Made by a program: the position numbers and the translations under genes
The notes under the pieces: generated by a model
Told to the model about the DNA's origin: nothing
Database searches by the model: none
The model's input: only the letters and a program-made list of their open reading frames with translations
DNA from: Malacoraja senta
Taxonomy: Eukaryota
Direction of reading: 5' to 3'
DNA: 64,000 bases
NCBI GenBank assembly: GCA_038087875.1
Contig: CM075995.1
Coordinates: forward strand, 6,264,001 to 6,328,000
Shown: positions 10,937 to 23,208 of the stretch, piece after piece
Numbering within the stretch: position 1 is the first letter of the stretch
Layout: each line of letters opens with the position of its first letter

Positions 10937-13900
10937 TTTATCTAAGGCACTTTTGGAGATGGAGATGTAATGTAAACTTAAAAATTTGGAATGACCACCC
11001 AACGTCCAGAACACGGAGGTATTTGTTTGCACCATATGTTTCAAGAACATCACTTTGATATACAATGCAGGACGATAGGCAAATAAAGAATGGAGGAATC
11101 ACATTCTGTAGTTGGAATATAAGGGGTGCCAATGAACCAATAAAGAGGGGTAAAATTTTTGCTCACCTAAAATCTTTGAAAAGCGACATAATCTACTTGC
11201 AAGAAACTCACATGAAACAGGAAACACAAATGAGATTAAAGGCGAAGTGGATAGGCCAAACATATTATTCGTCATTTACTTCTAAATCTAGAGGTACGGC
11301 TATTCTTATTCGAAAAGGTATACCGTTCAAATTAAAGAATACTATATCAGATAAAGAGGGAAGGTATATTATAGTTTCGGGAGAAATTTATGCTACCCCA
11401 ATAACTATGGTAAATATTTACGCTCCGAATTTTGATAACCCTCAATTTTTTGAGAAAATTATAGATATAATACTGGAGTTTAATTATCAAAATGTCATAA
11501 TAGGAGGGGATTTCAACTGTGTTTTAGATCCTTAGACAAATCAGCAAAACAAAGAAGGAGTAATACAAAATCTAAGACCAGTGAATTTCTAAATACATAT
11601 ATAAAAAATACTAACATAACAGATGTATGGAGATCTGCTAACCCAGCAGGAAGGGAATACTCGTTTTACTCTTCGGTACATAAAACATACTCAAGAATTG
11701 ATTATTTTTTAGTGGATAGGAAATTAATGCCATATATAATTAACCGAACTTACCATATTAGTAGTATTTCTGATCACTCTCCATTGACTTTTTTAGTAAA
11801 ATTTGAAGGAATGCCGGGAAAGAATTTTTTTTGGAGGTTTAACACATATATATTAAATGACTTACAGGGTTATCAATATTTGAAACAACAAATGATATCA
11901 TTTTTTGAGATAAATGATACACCAGGTACCTCACCTTCTTTAATATGGGAAACTTTTAAAGCATTTATTAGAGGAATTATAATTTCATATGAAATTTTTC
12001 AAAATAAGAAGAATAAGACAGAACAGATGCTGTTAGAACAAGAAATAAGACAGTTAGAGTTAGATAATGCTAAAGATCCCACTATAGATAAACATAATAA
12101 GATAATACTACTGAAATTTAAACTTAACCGAATTCTCTCGGCAAGAGTAATAAGATTATTCCAAATTACAAAACAGGAACATTTTGAGTTTGGTGACAAA
12201 CCACATAAGCTGTTGGCGCGTCAATTGAAAAAACAGGAAAAGGAAAATACTATAAATAAAATTAAATCCGAGAATGGTGAATTACTAACACTACCTAAAG
12301 ATATCAATAAAAGATTTGTTCAATTTTATCAGAATTTATACACATCAAAAACCAAAACAGAAGATAGTAAAATTACAAATTTTTTAGATAAATGTAATCT
12401 ACCAAAACTTGATCTTTTGGAACAAGAAGAACTAGGAGCGCAAATTACAATCGAAGAAATAGGTGAAACAATAAAATTGCTGAAAAATGGTAAGACACCG
12501 GGACCAGATGGTTTTAGTAATGAATTTTATAAAAAGTTTCATGAGATAACGACCCCCTATCTATTTAATTTATATACTTACGTTTTTAAAGAAAATAAAT
12601 TACCTGAAACATTAGCAGAATCAACTATTACGCTTATTGCAAAGAAAGATAAAGATCTAGAGGAACCGGACTCATATAGAGCTATATCACTTTTAAATAC
12701 CGACCAGAAAATTCTAGCAAAGACTTTAGCTAGAAGACTAAGCAAATATATTAGTAAATTGATAAACCCTGATGAAACGGGGTTTATACCCAAAAGATAT
12801 TCATTTAATAATTTGAGACGCCTGTTTAATATAATGTACTCGCATAAAAAGGAAGAAAAAGACTTAGCAATTATTTCTTTGGACGCAGAGAAAGCATTTG
12901 ATCAGGTAGAATGGCAGTATTTATACATAGTATTACAAAAATTTAATATGGGAGAGAATTTTATTGCATGGGTGAAATTATTATATGATAAACCGATGGC
13001 AAGAATATTAACTAACAGCATGTTATCTCAAAAATTTCAATTATCAAGGGGTAATAGGCAGGGATGTGCTTTATCACCCCTGCTATTTGCCCTTATGATA
13101 GAACCTCTGGCTGAAAGTATAAGAAGCCATCCGAATATTCAGGGTTATAATACTAGGGACTCAAATAATAAAATTTCATTGTATGCAGACGATATTTTGT
13201 TATATATAACAAATTCACAAACGAGCATACCAAATTTATTAAATTTAATAGAGGAATTTGGGTCCTTTTCAGGATATAGAATAAACTGGAACAAAAGTGA
13301 AATTATGACGTTAAAACCTCAAGAATCCACACACTTATTGAAATTCCCCTTTAAAATAGCAACAGAAAAATTCAAATATCTGGGTATACAGATTACTAGA
13401 AAACATAAAGCTTTATTCAATGCTAATTTTATACCCTTAATAAATAAACTTAATATAATGATAAAATTTTGGAAAACACTCCCTTTATCATTAATAGGCA
13501 GAATAAATGCTATTAAAATGAGCTTCTTACCACAGTTATTATACCTATTTCAATCTATACCAGTATATGTACCAAAATATTTTTTTTCTAAACTGAACGC
13601 TAATATTACTAATTTTGTTTGGGATTACAAATCACATAGAATTAAAAAAGAACACTTATGTAAACCAAAAGATGTCGGGGGACTTTCACTCCCTAATTTT
13701 TTGTATTACTATTGGGCAATACATATTAAGAATATAATTTACTGGTTGGATAGTTCAACTCAACAGACAGAATGGATAAAAATGGAGAAAGAGGATTGTT
13801 ATCCTTGTAATATAGGAACAATCCTCTTCTCCCCGAAAAAAATGAACAATACAATATATAAGAAAAACCCAATTATACAAGATACAATAAGAATATGGAA

Positions 13901-15177
13901 ACAAATAAAACTATCCTTAAAATTAAGAAACCTATCATTGTTAACACCGATAGCGAATAATCCTTTATTTAAACCATCTATGATGGATAAAATATATAAT
14001 CAATGGGAAAGTTTAGGAATTAAAAGGATCGGGGATATGTATGAAATGGGAGATTTATTATCATTTCAACAATTACAATTAAAATTTAAACTGAAAAACA
14101 CTCATTATTTTAAATATTTTCAGATTTGTAATTTTTTGAAGACATACATACAGGGATATCAAAAAATAACTCCTGATTTAATAGAAGAAGTAATGAATAT
14201 AAAAGCTGATACACAAAAATTAATAGCATATTTATATAATAGTATCTTAAATATAGATTTACCTGTGACCGAGGTAATTAGAGAAGAGTGGGAACGGGAA
14301 TTATTGATAAAAATTACGAAGGCTACATGGGAAAAGTATTTGACATACATTCACAAGTGTTCGATTAACGCAAGACATAATCTAATCCAATTTAAAATTT
14401 TACATAGATTATATTACTCAAAAACAAGATTAAATAAATGTTATCCAAATATATCGCCCATTTGCGATAAATGTTTAACCCAAGAAGCAACTATAACACA
14501 CTCTTTTGTTTCTTGTATAAAACTTCATGGATTTTGGAGTGATATTTTCAAAATATTTACAAAACTATTTATGACAAAAATGGAACCCAATAATGAATTG
14601 ATTATATTTGGGGTAATGGAAGACGGGAACAAATTGAGTTCATCTCAAAAGTCAATTTTTAATTATGGTTTAATAATAGCAAAAAAATTAATATTGAAAT
14701 TTTGGAAAAATACACCAATACCAACGCTCAAAATGTGGATTGCAAGTATGTTGGATACCGCACATCTTGAGGAAATGCGATTCCTCCTAATAGATAAATT
14801 TGACCAATTCATAACGAGTTGGTCTCCATTTGTCGTCTTTTTGGAAACGTATGGTGCAAAACAGGTGTAAAAGCTAATCCGTGACTGCGGATGGTCAAGA
14901 TTATAAATGATCTTCTATTTTCTTTTCTTCTCATCTTTTCTTTTATTCTCTCTTTTCTATTTTCTATGTCTCAACTTTCTTATTTCATTCTTTATTTTTC
15001 TTTTTCACACACTATATATCTCACATTTTTCTATTTTTCATTATCTAACTTTTTTCTTTTTCTTCTTTATTTCAAAAAATTTAAAAAATAAGAAGCTGTA
15101 CATGAAAGGTATTATGAAAATATGATTGTATATAATTGTACCTACTTCTAATAAAAAAAAAAAAAGAAAAAAAAAAA
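10937..15177 (+). mobile_element. L1-clade LINE lacking ORF1; full-length ORF2 (EN-RT-Cys) with one frameshift; poly(A) tail
   Basis: SWNIRG, YLQETH and GGDFN endonuclease motifs (11065-11535), frameshift at about 11532, then RIDYF, SDH, SLDAEKAFD, RQGCALSPLLF, LYADD and CDKC..H...C (to 14870). T-rich 3'UTR, AATAAA and A-tail at 15150-15177. Confidence 0.93.
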
Positions 15178-15350
15178 GAGAAGGGGACCGAGGACAGTCG
15201 AGTGTCTACATTGGTCACTTAGCTGGAATTCTCGCTGCCTTCCATCGGCCGATGTTAAGTAAAGTTTTGAACTGGTCTACCAAACAGTTTGTGTGGTGTC
15301 TGTTTATTAAGAAGCGAACCTGTTTAGTTGTTATAAAAGTAACTTTTTCA
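15178..15350 (+). repeat. Partial third LTR (R-U5 only)
   Basis: Matches LTR1 5277-5449 (about 1 mismatch seen), ends in CA, followed by the TSD AGGG. Confidence 0.93.
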
Positions 15351-16292
15351 AGGGGGGAGATGGTCATCATTTCAGGTCAAATTCCCGCATCAAAAACTCT
15401 AGAGACTACTGTCAGGGACAAAATTACATGGTTGAAAGAAACAACCAGTTTTGTTAAGGTAAATTACATTTAGCTAACATGACTGAGCTGTATAATTAAA
15501 TATAAGAGCACTGGTGCGGGTAGTGGCGGTCTTTGAAAAGCCATTTGATAAAATAGCACATAATTTGGATGATAGAATCTCATCTCTACATAATTCTTCA
15601 AATTCACAGGGAGAATCAACAAGCAAACATCAGTGTCTTCGCCCTGGGCAAAATCACTCGCACAGAGGCTCTAGTCACTCAATCAGCCACACTGAGCAGG
15701 CCACATTATTCGCAGACTCGGTAACCAATACACACATTACGAGTTGTCAGAGGAACAGATTGCCAGGAGACAGAGGAAAAGATTCAAGATATTTTGATGG
15801 TACAACAGTCTTACTGATTCCTTGAAACCTCTTGTGGGGCATTCAGAATAATTCATGGCTCAAACAAAGACAGAAGCCTTTATTAGCAGAAACAAACCAC
15901 CCCCAAACTCCCTGTCAGACACCTCTTTCCCCAGTAGTGGAGGTTATTATATTAGTTTTATCAGCCACCCAGAATCAACAAATCTGGAGAGGATGCAAGT
16001 GTGTCTTCAATCTCGAGGATCTGGTCAGAAGAACGTGACAATATTGCACAAGCTGCTCAAATTTAACCATGCAAAAATGTTACCTTGTGATAGAATTTTC
16101 CAAATTCTCAAAGAGGAAGAAAATGTATTTCTCTCAATTACGAGTATGCTTGTGTCAGATTTCGCTTCACTTTCCATTTTTAGAACCGACACATCAAAAT
16201 GTTGATTGCTACCAACAAGGCCATCCATTCAAACACAGGAATTGTAGAATAAGACAGGAAACCTCATATTCTACTCATTTGCCACCAATTCA

Positions 16293-19260
16293 CATAGAAA
16301 CATAGAAGATAGGTGCAGGAGGAGGCCATTCGACCATTTGAACCAGCACCGCCATTCATTGTGATCATGGCTGATCGTCCCCAATCAATAACCCGTGCCT
16401 GCTTTCTCCCCATATCCCTTGATTCCACTAGCCCCTAGAGCTCTATCTAACTCTCTCTTAAATCCATCCAGTGATTTGGCCTCCACTGCCCTCCGTGGCA
16501 GGGAATTCCACAAATTCACAACTCTCTGGGTGATAATGTTTTTTCTCATTTCAGTCTTAAATGGCCTCCCCTTTATTCTCAGACTATGGCCCCTGGTTCT
16601 GGACTCGCCCAACATTGGGAACATTTTTCCTGTATCTAGCTTGTCCAGTCCTTTTATAATTTTATATGTTTCTATAAGATCCCCCTCATCCTTCTAAACT
16701 CCAGTGAATACAAGCCCAGTCTTTTCAATCTTTCCTCATATGACAGTCCCACCATCCCAGGGATCAATATTGTGAACCTACGCTGCACTGTCTCAATCAC
16801 AAGGATGTCCTTCCTCAAATTAGGAGACCAAAACTGTATGCAATACTGCAGATGTGGTCTTACCAGAGCCCTATACAACTGCAGGAGAACCCGTCTACTC
16901 CTATACTGAAATCCTCTTGTTATGAAGGCCAACATTCCATTAGCTTTCTTCACTGCCTGCTGAACCTGCACGTCAACTTTCAATGACCGGTGTACAAGGA
17001 CACCCAGGTCTCACTGTACCTCCCCCTTACTTAACCTAACCCCATTGAGATAATAATCTGCCCCCTTGTTTTTGCCACCAAAGTGGATAATCTCACATTT
17101 ATCTATATTATACTGCATCTGCCACGCATCTGCCCACCCAATCAACCTGTCAGGTCACCCTGCAACCTCCTAACATCCTCTTCACAGTTCAAACTGACAC
17201 CCAGCTTTGTGTCATCCGCAAACTTGCTAGTGTTGCTCCTAATTCCCTCTTCCAAATCATTAATATATATGGTAAACAGTTACGGCCCCAACACCGAGCC
17301 TTGCGGCACTACACTCACCACTGCCTGCCATTCTGAAAAGGACCCGTTCACTCCTACTCTTTGGTTCCTGTCTGCCAACCAATTTTCTATCCACGTCAGC
17401 GACAATACCATGTGTTCCAATTTTAGTCACCGGTCTACCGTGCGGGACCTTATCAAAGATTTTCTGAAAGTCTAGATACACTACATCCACTGGCTCCCCT
17501 TCATCCATTTTACTTGTCGCATCCTAAAAAAATTCCAGAAGATTAGTCAAGCATGATTTTCCATTCATAAATCAATGCCGACTTGGACTAATCCTTTTAC
17601 TGCTATCCAAATCCTTTTACTGCTATCCTTTTAGTGCTATCCAACTGCCCCATTATTACCTCTTTAATAATTGACTCCAGCATCTTTCCCACCACCGAAG
17701 TCAGGCTAACTAGTCTGTAATTCCCCGTTTTCTCTCTCGCTCCTTTCTTGAAAAGTGGGATAACATTAAAGGCCTGTCTCACGAGTCTGCGGTCATTGGC
17801 GGTGATACAGGAAGTATCTACCGCTCGTGGACTGCCAGAGACCGCGGGTTCGGTCAAACGACCACCGCCGGGGCCGTGCGGCGTTTGTCCCAACACCGCA
17901 CGGTGCTAAAAAAAAGTCAGCACTGCCCAAAAATAATTTCTTACCGCAAAGCCGCCGCCAGTGAGGCACGAGTGCAGCACGGTCACTGCCACAGCTGCCG
18001 CCAGTGAGGCACGAGCGCCGTGAGTCGAACTCTCACCGCCACAGCCACCGCCAGTGAGGCACGTGTGCGGCACGGCCGCCGCCACAGCCGCCATCAGTGA
18101 GGCAGGTGTGCGGCACGGCCGCCGCCACAGCCTCACGATCCGAAAGACGTCATCGCGTAGCGCGTCGCGCGATAACGTCATCGCGTAGCGCGTCGCGTTG
18201 CGCGATGACGTAATCACCCAATGCCGCAAGCTCGTGGAACCGGCCGTACGGAGATCACTCGGCCCCCGCGCAGCATGCGTGCGGCGCTCTCGCGGTTGAC
18301 GTGCGGTCCCCTCTACCGGCGACGCCGCGCTTCACCGCCAATGACCGCAACACCGTGAGATAGAGCCTTTAGCTATCCTCCAATCCACAGGAACTGATCC
18401 TGAATCTATTGAGCATTGGAAAATGATCACCAATGCGTCCACTATTTCTAGAGCCACCTCCCTGAGGACCCTGGGATGCAGTCCATCAGGCCCCTGGGAT
18501 TTATCATCCTTCAGTCCCATTAGCCTACCCAATACTATTTCTCGCCTAATGAAAATTTCTTTCAGTTCCTCAACCCCCTTAGATCCTCTGTCCTCCAGTA
18601 CTTCTGGGAGATTGTTTGTGTCTTCCTTAGTGAAGACAGATCCGAAGTACCTGTTCAACTCTTCTGCCATTTTCTTGTTCCCCATAATAATTTCACCCGT
18701 GTCTGCCTTCCAGGGACCCACATTTGACTTTGCTACTCTTTTTCCCTTAACATATCTAAAGAAGCTTTTACTGTCCTTCTTTATATTCCTGGCCAGCTTC
18801 CCTTCGTACTTCATCTTTTCAGCCCGTATTGCCCGTTTTGTTTCCTTCTGTTGTCCTATGAAAGTTTCCCAATCCTCTGGCTTCCGGCTACTCTTTGCTG
18901 TGTTATACATCTTTTCTTTTAGTTTTATTCTATCCCTAAATTCTCTCGTCAGCCACGGTTGCCTCCTACTCCCCTTAGAATATTTCTTCCTTGTTGGAAT
19001 GAAATGATCCTGTGTCTTCCGGATTATGCCCAGAAATTCCTGCCATTGCTGTTCCACCATCATTCCTGCTAGTATCCCTTTCCAGTCTACCTTGGCCAGC
19101 TCCTCTCTCATGCCTTCATAATCCCCTTTGTTCAGCTGCATCAATGCCACTTCCGATTTAACCTTCTCCTTCTCAAATTGCAGATTAAAACTAATCATAT
19201 TATGATCACTACCTCCAAGCGGTTCCTTTACCTCGAGTTCTGTAATCAAATTTGATTCAT
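16293..19260 (-). mobile_element. CR1 LINE, 5'-truncated ORF2, interrupted by a MITE
   Basis: Tail at about 16293. RT motifs VDVVYLDFQK.FDKVPH, NYRLVSLTSVVGK and PGPDGLHPRVL-like in broken ORFs 16385-19249. Confidence 0.9.
17769..18369. mobile_element. GC-rich MITE (non-autonomous DNA transposon), copy 1
   Basis: TIRs AAGGCCTGTCTCACG / CGTGAGATAGAGCCTT. It splits the CR1 sequence at a duplicated TA and has internal GC-rich tandem repeats. Confidence 0.85.
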
Positions 19261-19278
19261 TGGTTATAGGTTCATAAT

Positions 19279-22200
19279 AGTAAGATTAAACGAGAACTTA
19301 CCTAAGTTTGAAGTTTGATCTTTATTTTATGAGGAGTTACGTAGGTGATTACGTGAAGAACCCCGCCAGTGCGCCTGCGCGTCAATCTTCAAAGCAGCGG
19401 TGTGAAATCACAAAAAACAACAACCGAAGTAATATAGTCTCATAATAAAACGAGTAATACAAGAACTTCCATCTGACCTTTATGATAGAGTGTAGGGTCG
19501 TGGTGGGCACGTAATCACCTACGTAACTCCTCATAAAATAAAGATCAAACTTCAAACTTAGGTAAGTTCTCGTTTAATCTTACTATTTTACTTCGGAGTC
19601 ACGTGAGTGACTACGTGAAGATTTTAAAGCTTTGTGATTTCATGCCGTGGATCAATCCCTGCTTTTCACTGCATAGATTGATTCGGAACGAGAATAATCA
19701 ATCATGCATTCATAATAACATTTGTACCACAAATGCAGTAATTCATTTCAATAATGAAATGAATCAGATCCCCTTTAAACCAGAGGAATTTACACAGAAC
19801 TTAAAATAGTTTCTGCAACCAACCCCGCATTAACAATAGGCCGATGGTAAAAATGTTGGAACATCAACTCATTGGACCACCCGGCGGCTGCGAGGATATG
19901 GTCGACGGGGCCGTCTTTTGCCCTGGCCACCGACGTTTCTGCTGCCCTAGTCGAGTGAGACGTAAAAACATAAGTGTTAATACCAGCAGCTGTTAAGACT
20001 TCTTTTATCCATCTGGAAATAGTCTGTATTGAAACTCTCTTGTGTGGTTTCTTGTGTGTGATCAACAACCCAGTTTCCGTATTCTCAAATTCTTTGTGAC
20101 CTCAATGTATTGTAATAAATATGTCTTATTGTCACGTACCTAGGTTTCGGTGGTTTGGAATTAAAGATTCCTTTCATTAGTCTGGAAACAATTGGGTGTG
20201 ACCCAATTGAGTTTCTTTCTGAATCCAGAACCAAATATGAGGACAATGCACTTCTGGCTGAATTAATTGCACTACAACTCAGACCTTCATCATAATAAAG
20301 TTTTGACAGAAATTCTAAACATTTGAAATATCTGCAGTACTTTATTGCACATTCTTTTGTACACAGAACTCTACCCATTTCTTAATATAAGAAAGGTACT
20401 GTTTTTGAGTGTTCTTCCTCCCGGCTGCCGTAAGCATGTCCACAGTATGCTCAGACAGCCCTCGTCCCAGAAAAGGCATTCTTAAAACCTGCAAATCAAC
20501 AAATCCAAACGATGATATAATGGATGTTGTTACCCTGTTACAGGGTGCAGCAATAAATTACTCCTTTTTGGGACTTTCATCAACATTTGTGTTGTTAATT
20601 CTAATATCAACAGATACCATGGCTGTATAGGCCAATCTGGTACTACCAATACCCTTGAAGCAGCATCTTGCCTGATTTTAAGCAAACATTGGCTTATGAG
20701 GCAGAAAGGTGGAAATATATATGAAAACATACCACCCCAATGTAGCGAGAAAGCATCAATCGCCACTGCTCCTGGATCTGGTTTCCATGAGACATATCTC
20801 GATAGCTGATGATTCAAGTCGATGTCGGTCATTCCAAATCCGATTACTATATCATTGAATACCTCTTGATTCAACATACATTCTTTATTATCATGGAACT
20901 TTTCGTGACCAGGTGTCTGCTATCGTGTTCATTCTACCTGGTAGATAGATAGCTGAAAAACCAAATGTTCTTTTCAATACACCAAGACCCAAGTTGATTT
21001 AACCATTTTGTCACATGACACTGACTTAATTCCACCCATATCATTAATATAGGCAACTACTGTTGTGTTTATTAATTTGAACTTGAACTTTCCTTTTAGT
21101 TGTGTTAGAACCATAAGCTTGGAGTCCATAGAAACCTCCTAAAAGCTCCAAATAGGTAATTCCCCATGTCTGCAGTAACATTAACTTTTCCAGATTCCAT
21201 CTGCCTCCGCAGCTCCATGTTAAGTCAGTTGCACCCCATCCTAGTGCACTGGCATCAGTTTGTAATATCATGGAAGGTTGTTCAATCAGCACTTTGCCTG
21301 AACTGCTTGAGACATGTAGAATCCACCACTGCAGCTTAGAAACAGCATTTGTTGTTACTTGCATGGTTCTATCAAAATGACCAGCATTTACTCTCAGTGC
21401 CTGTTGTTTAATTCTCTGCAGCTGTTGATAATGTAATGGTCCATACTGGACTGCTGGGAATCTACTAATTTTCCCAGTACTCGAGCCACCTCTCTGATTA
21501 GAGGTTTTTGCTCGTTTAACAGATTACTGCAATCTTTAATCAACTCCACCCTTTTTTCACTGGGCAAAGTAATTTGCATTTGGGCTAAATCAATTGTGAA
21601 CCCCAAATAATTAATCGAGGTACATGTTTTTAACCTTGATTTCTTTGGATGAATTTAGAAACCCCCAAACTTTCAAAAGTTTGATTTTATTACTGCAACC
21701 GATGCTTCTGTTGACTGTTTTGTCCTTCCTATAATCAGGACATCATCCAGGTATGCCATTAGTGCATGCCCCTGGCTCTCAGCAACCCCAGAATTGATTT
21801 TAACAATTTTATGAATATTCTGGGAGGGAACGTTAACCCTTTAGGCAGAGCTTTGAACTGCCCTAATTGGTTCATCCATGTAAATTTAAAATACTTCATA
21901 TCTTGCAAGTGAACAGACACTGAGCAAAAGGATTCAGACTTGTCAAGTCTATAATAATCCTACATCCTCCATCCTTTTTTGATCGAGGGAATATATTTGA
22001 CCCAAATTGGTGAATTTGGTAGACTGATTCTTTAATAACACCTTTTATATATAGGGTTTTGAAGCGCAACTTGAACCTCCATTACTTCGCAAAGTGGAGA
22101 GTTCTGCTAGGAACATGCTGGACAGGCAAATCATAATTTGGATTGAATTCAATTCGAAATCCTTGTATATTATTCAGAATTACCACATCTGAAGTAATCT

Positions 22201-23208
22201 TCTTCCAATGTTTATAGAAGAGACGTAATCTGCCTCCAACTTTTGGACTTAATCCAGTTAGTATGTTCCCCTGAGAACCAGGTCCACCTACCTCTTGAGT
22301 CATTTGAGTATTCTGAGATCCCTGGATTCTCCCGGAAGCACCACCACTGGTCCTTACTCCCGCTGCAGGCCGCCAGCTACGTCCCTGCATTGATGAGCGA
22401 CTTGGTCCTGGTCTAGGATCCGTATAACGTCTGAAAGGATACTTCCTCTTTACAGACTTTGCAACCATTGATGTATTTATCAATCCTGTTTTCGCTTCAT
22501 CTTCCAACTCTTTAATACGTCTCCCGAGATCCTCTCCAAAGAGTAAGTTGGGGTAATTGTATATTACTTGGTTTGCAGAGTGCTGCGAATTTCGGATTCA
22601 TAGTAGGCCGTATAGCACTTTCCTCAGATAATTGATCTCGAAGTGGGTGCTGCATAGCAACCCCAGTGCTTGCTGATGCAACTTCGTCATCTTTTGGCTG
22701 TTACCTGCTATTCTGGTAAAAGCAGTTATTCCAGAACCCAGCAGCTTTAATATTCTCTGCAACTGATTCCAGATAATTTGGTTCACTGCTGCTGCTTTCA
22801 GCAACCCACAGTTACTTGGGGTCTCCTGCTTTCTTGCGGTCTCATCCATCTCCTGCTGTTCCAGCTAATGGTAAACCAAGTACTTTATTAAGGAGGCCAG
22901 TTCTTCTCCTAATGGCTCTCCTGACACTGACGGGGCAGCGAATCCTACTGCCAGGGTTGGAACATCTGGCAGCTGCCGTTCATCGCCTTGTACAGCCTCA
23001 CCGTCAGAGTCGGGGTCTGAAATCTCATGACCCATAGCACGCTCCTCATTCCTGAGGGTGCATTCCATCAGCCCTGAGCCAGGTGCTGTTAAGCTGCTCC
23101 TGCAGCTTGGATTACAGTACACTCCTTCCTGAGGCGTCTGACGTAATGACGCGCAGGCGCACTGGCGGGGTTCTTCACGTAGTCACTCACGTGACTCCGA
23201 AGTAAAAT
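19279..23208 (-). mobile_element. DIRS1-like tyrosine-recombinase retrotransposon (decayed ORFs, intact termini)
   Basis: ITRs at 19351-19384 / 23147-23180 and an internal complementary region at 19508-19621. Gag-like pieces at 22598-23122, RT AYLDDVL at about 21737-21759, RNase H LQTDAS..GWG at 21044-21364, Dam-like MTase (YIFPPF, VPDWPIQPWY) at 20530-20877, and YR HSTRAA..AGWS..F.HFY at 19790-20068. Confidence 0.93.

Larger units (their letters stand above)
4718..15350 (+). mobile_element. Composite endogenous retrovirus block: LTR-internal-LTR-PBS-L1-partial LTR
   Basis: Starts TG (4718) and ends CA (15350). 4-bp TSD AGGG at 4714-4717 and 15351-15354. The flanks appear to rejoin a degenerate Penelope-tail fragment. 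Confidence 0.88.

Noticed and set aside
10937..15177. Ordinary L1 insertion into an LTR with a long TSD
   Set aside because: The 5' flank ends in PBS plus leader, but the 3' flank ends at the LTR CA plus host TSD, so the flanks are not a simple duplication.
16025..16228. Minus-strand ORF as the next OSBPL10 exon
   Set aside because: No recognisable similarity to the expected downstream OSBPL10 sequence and no convincing splice pair.
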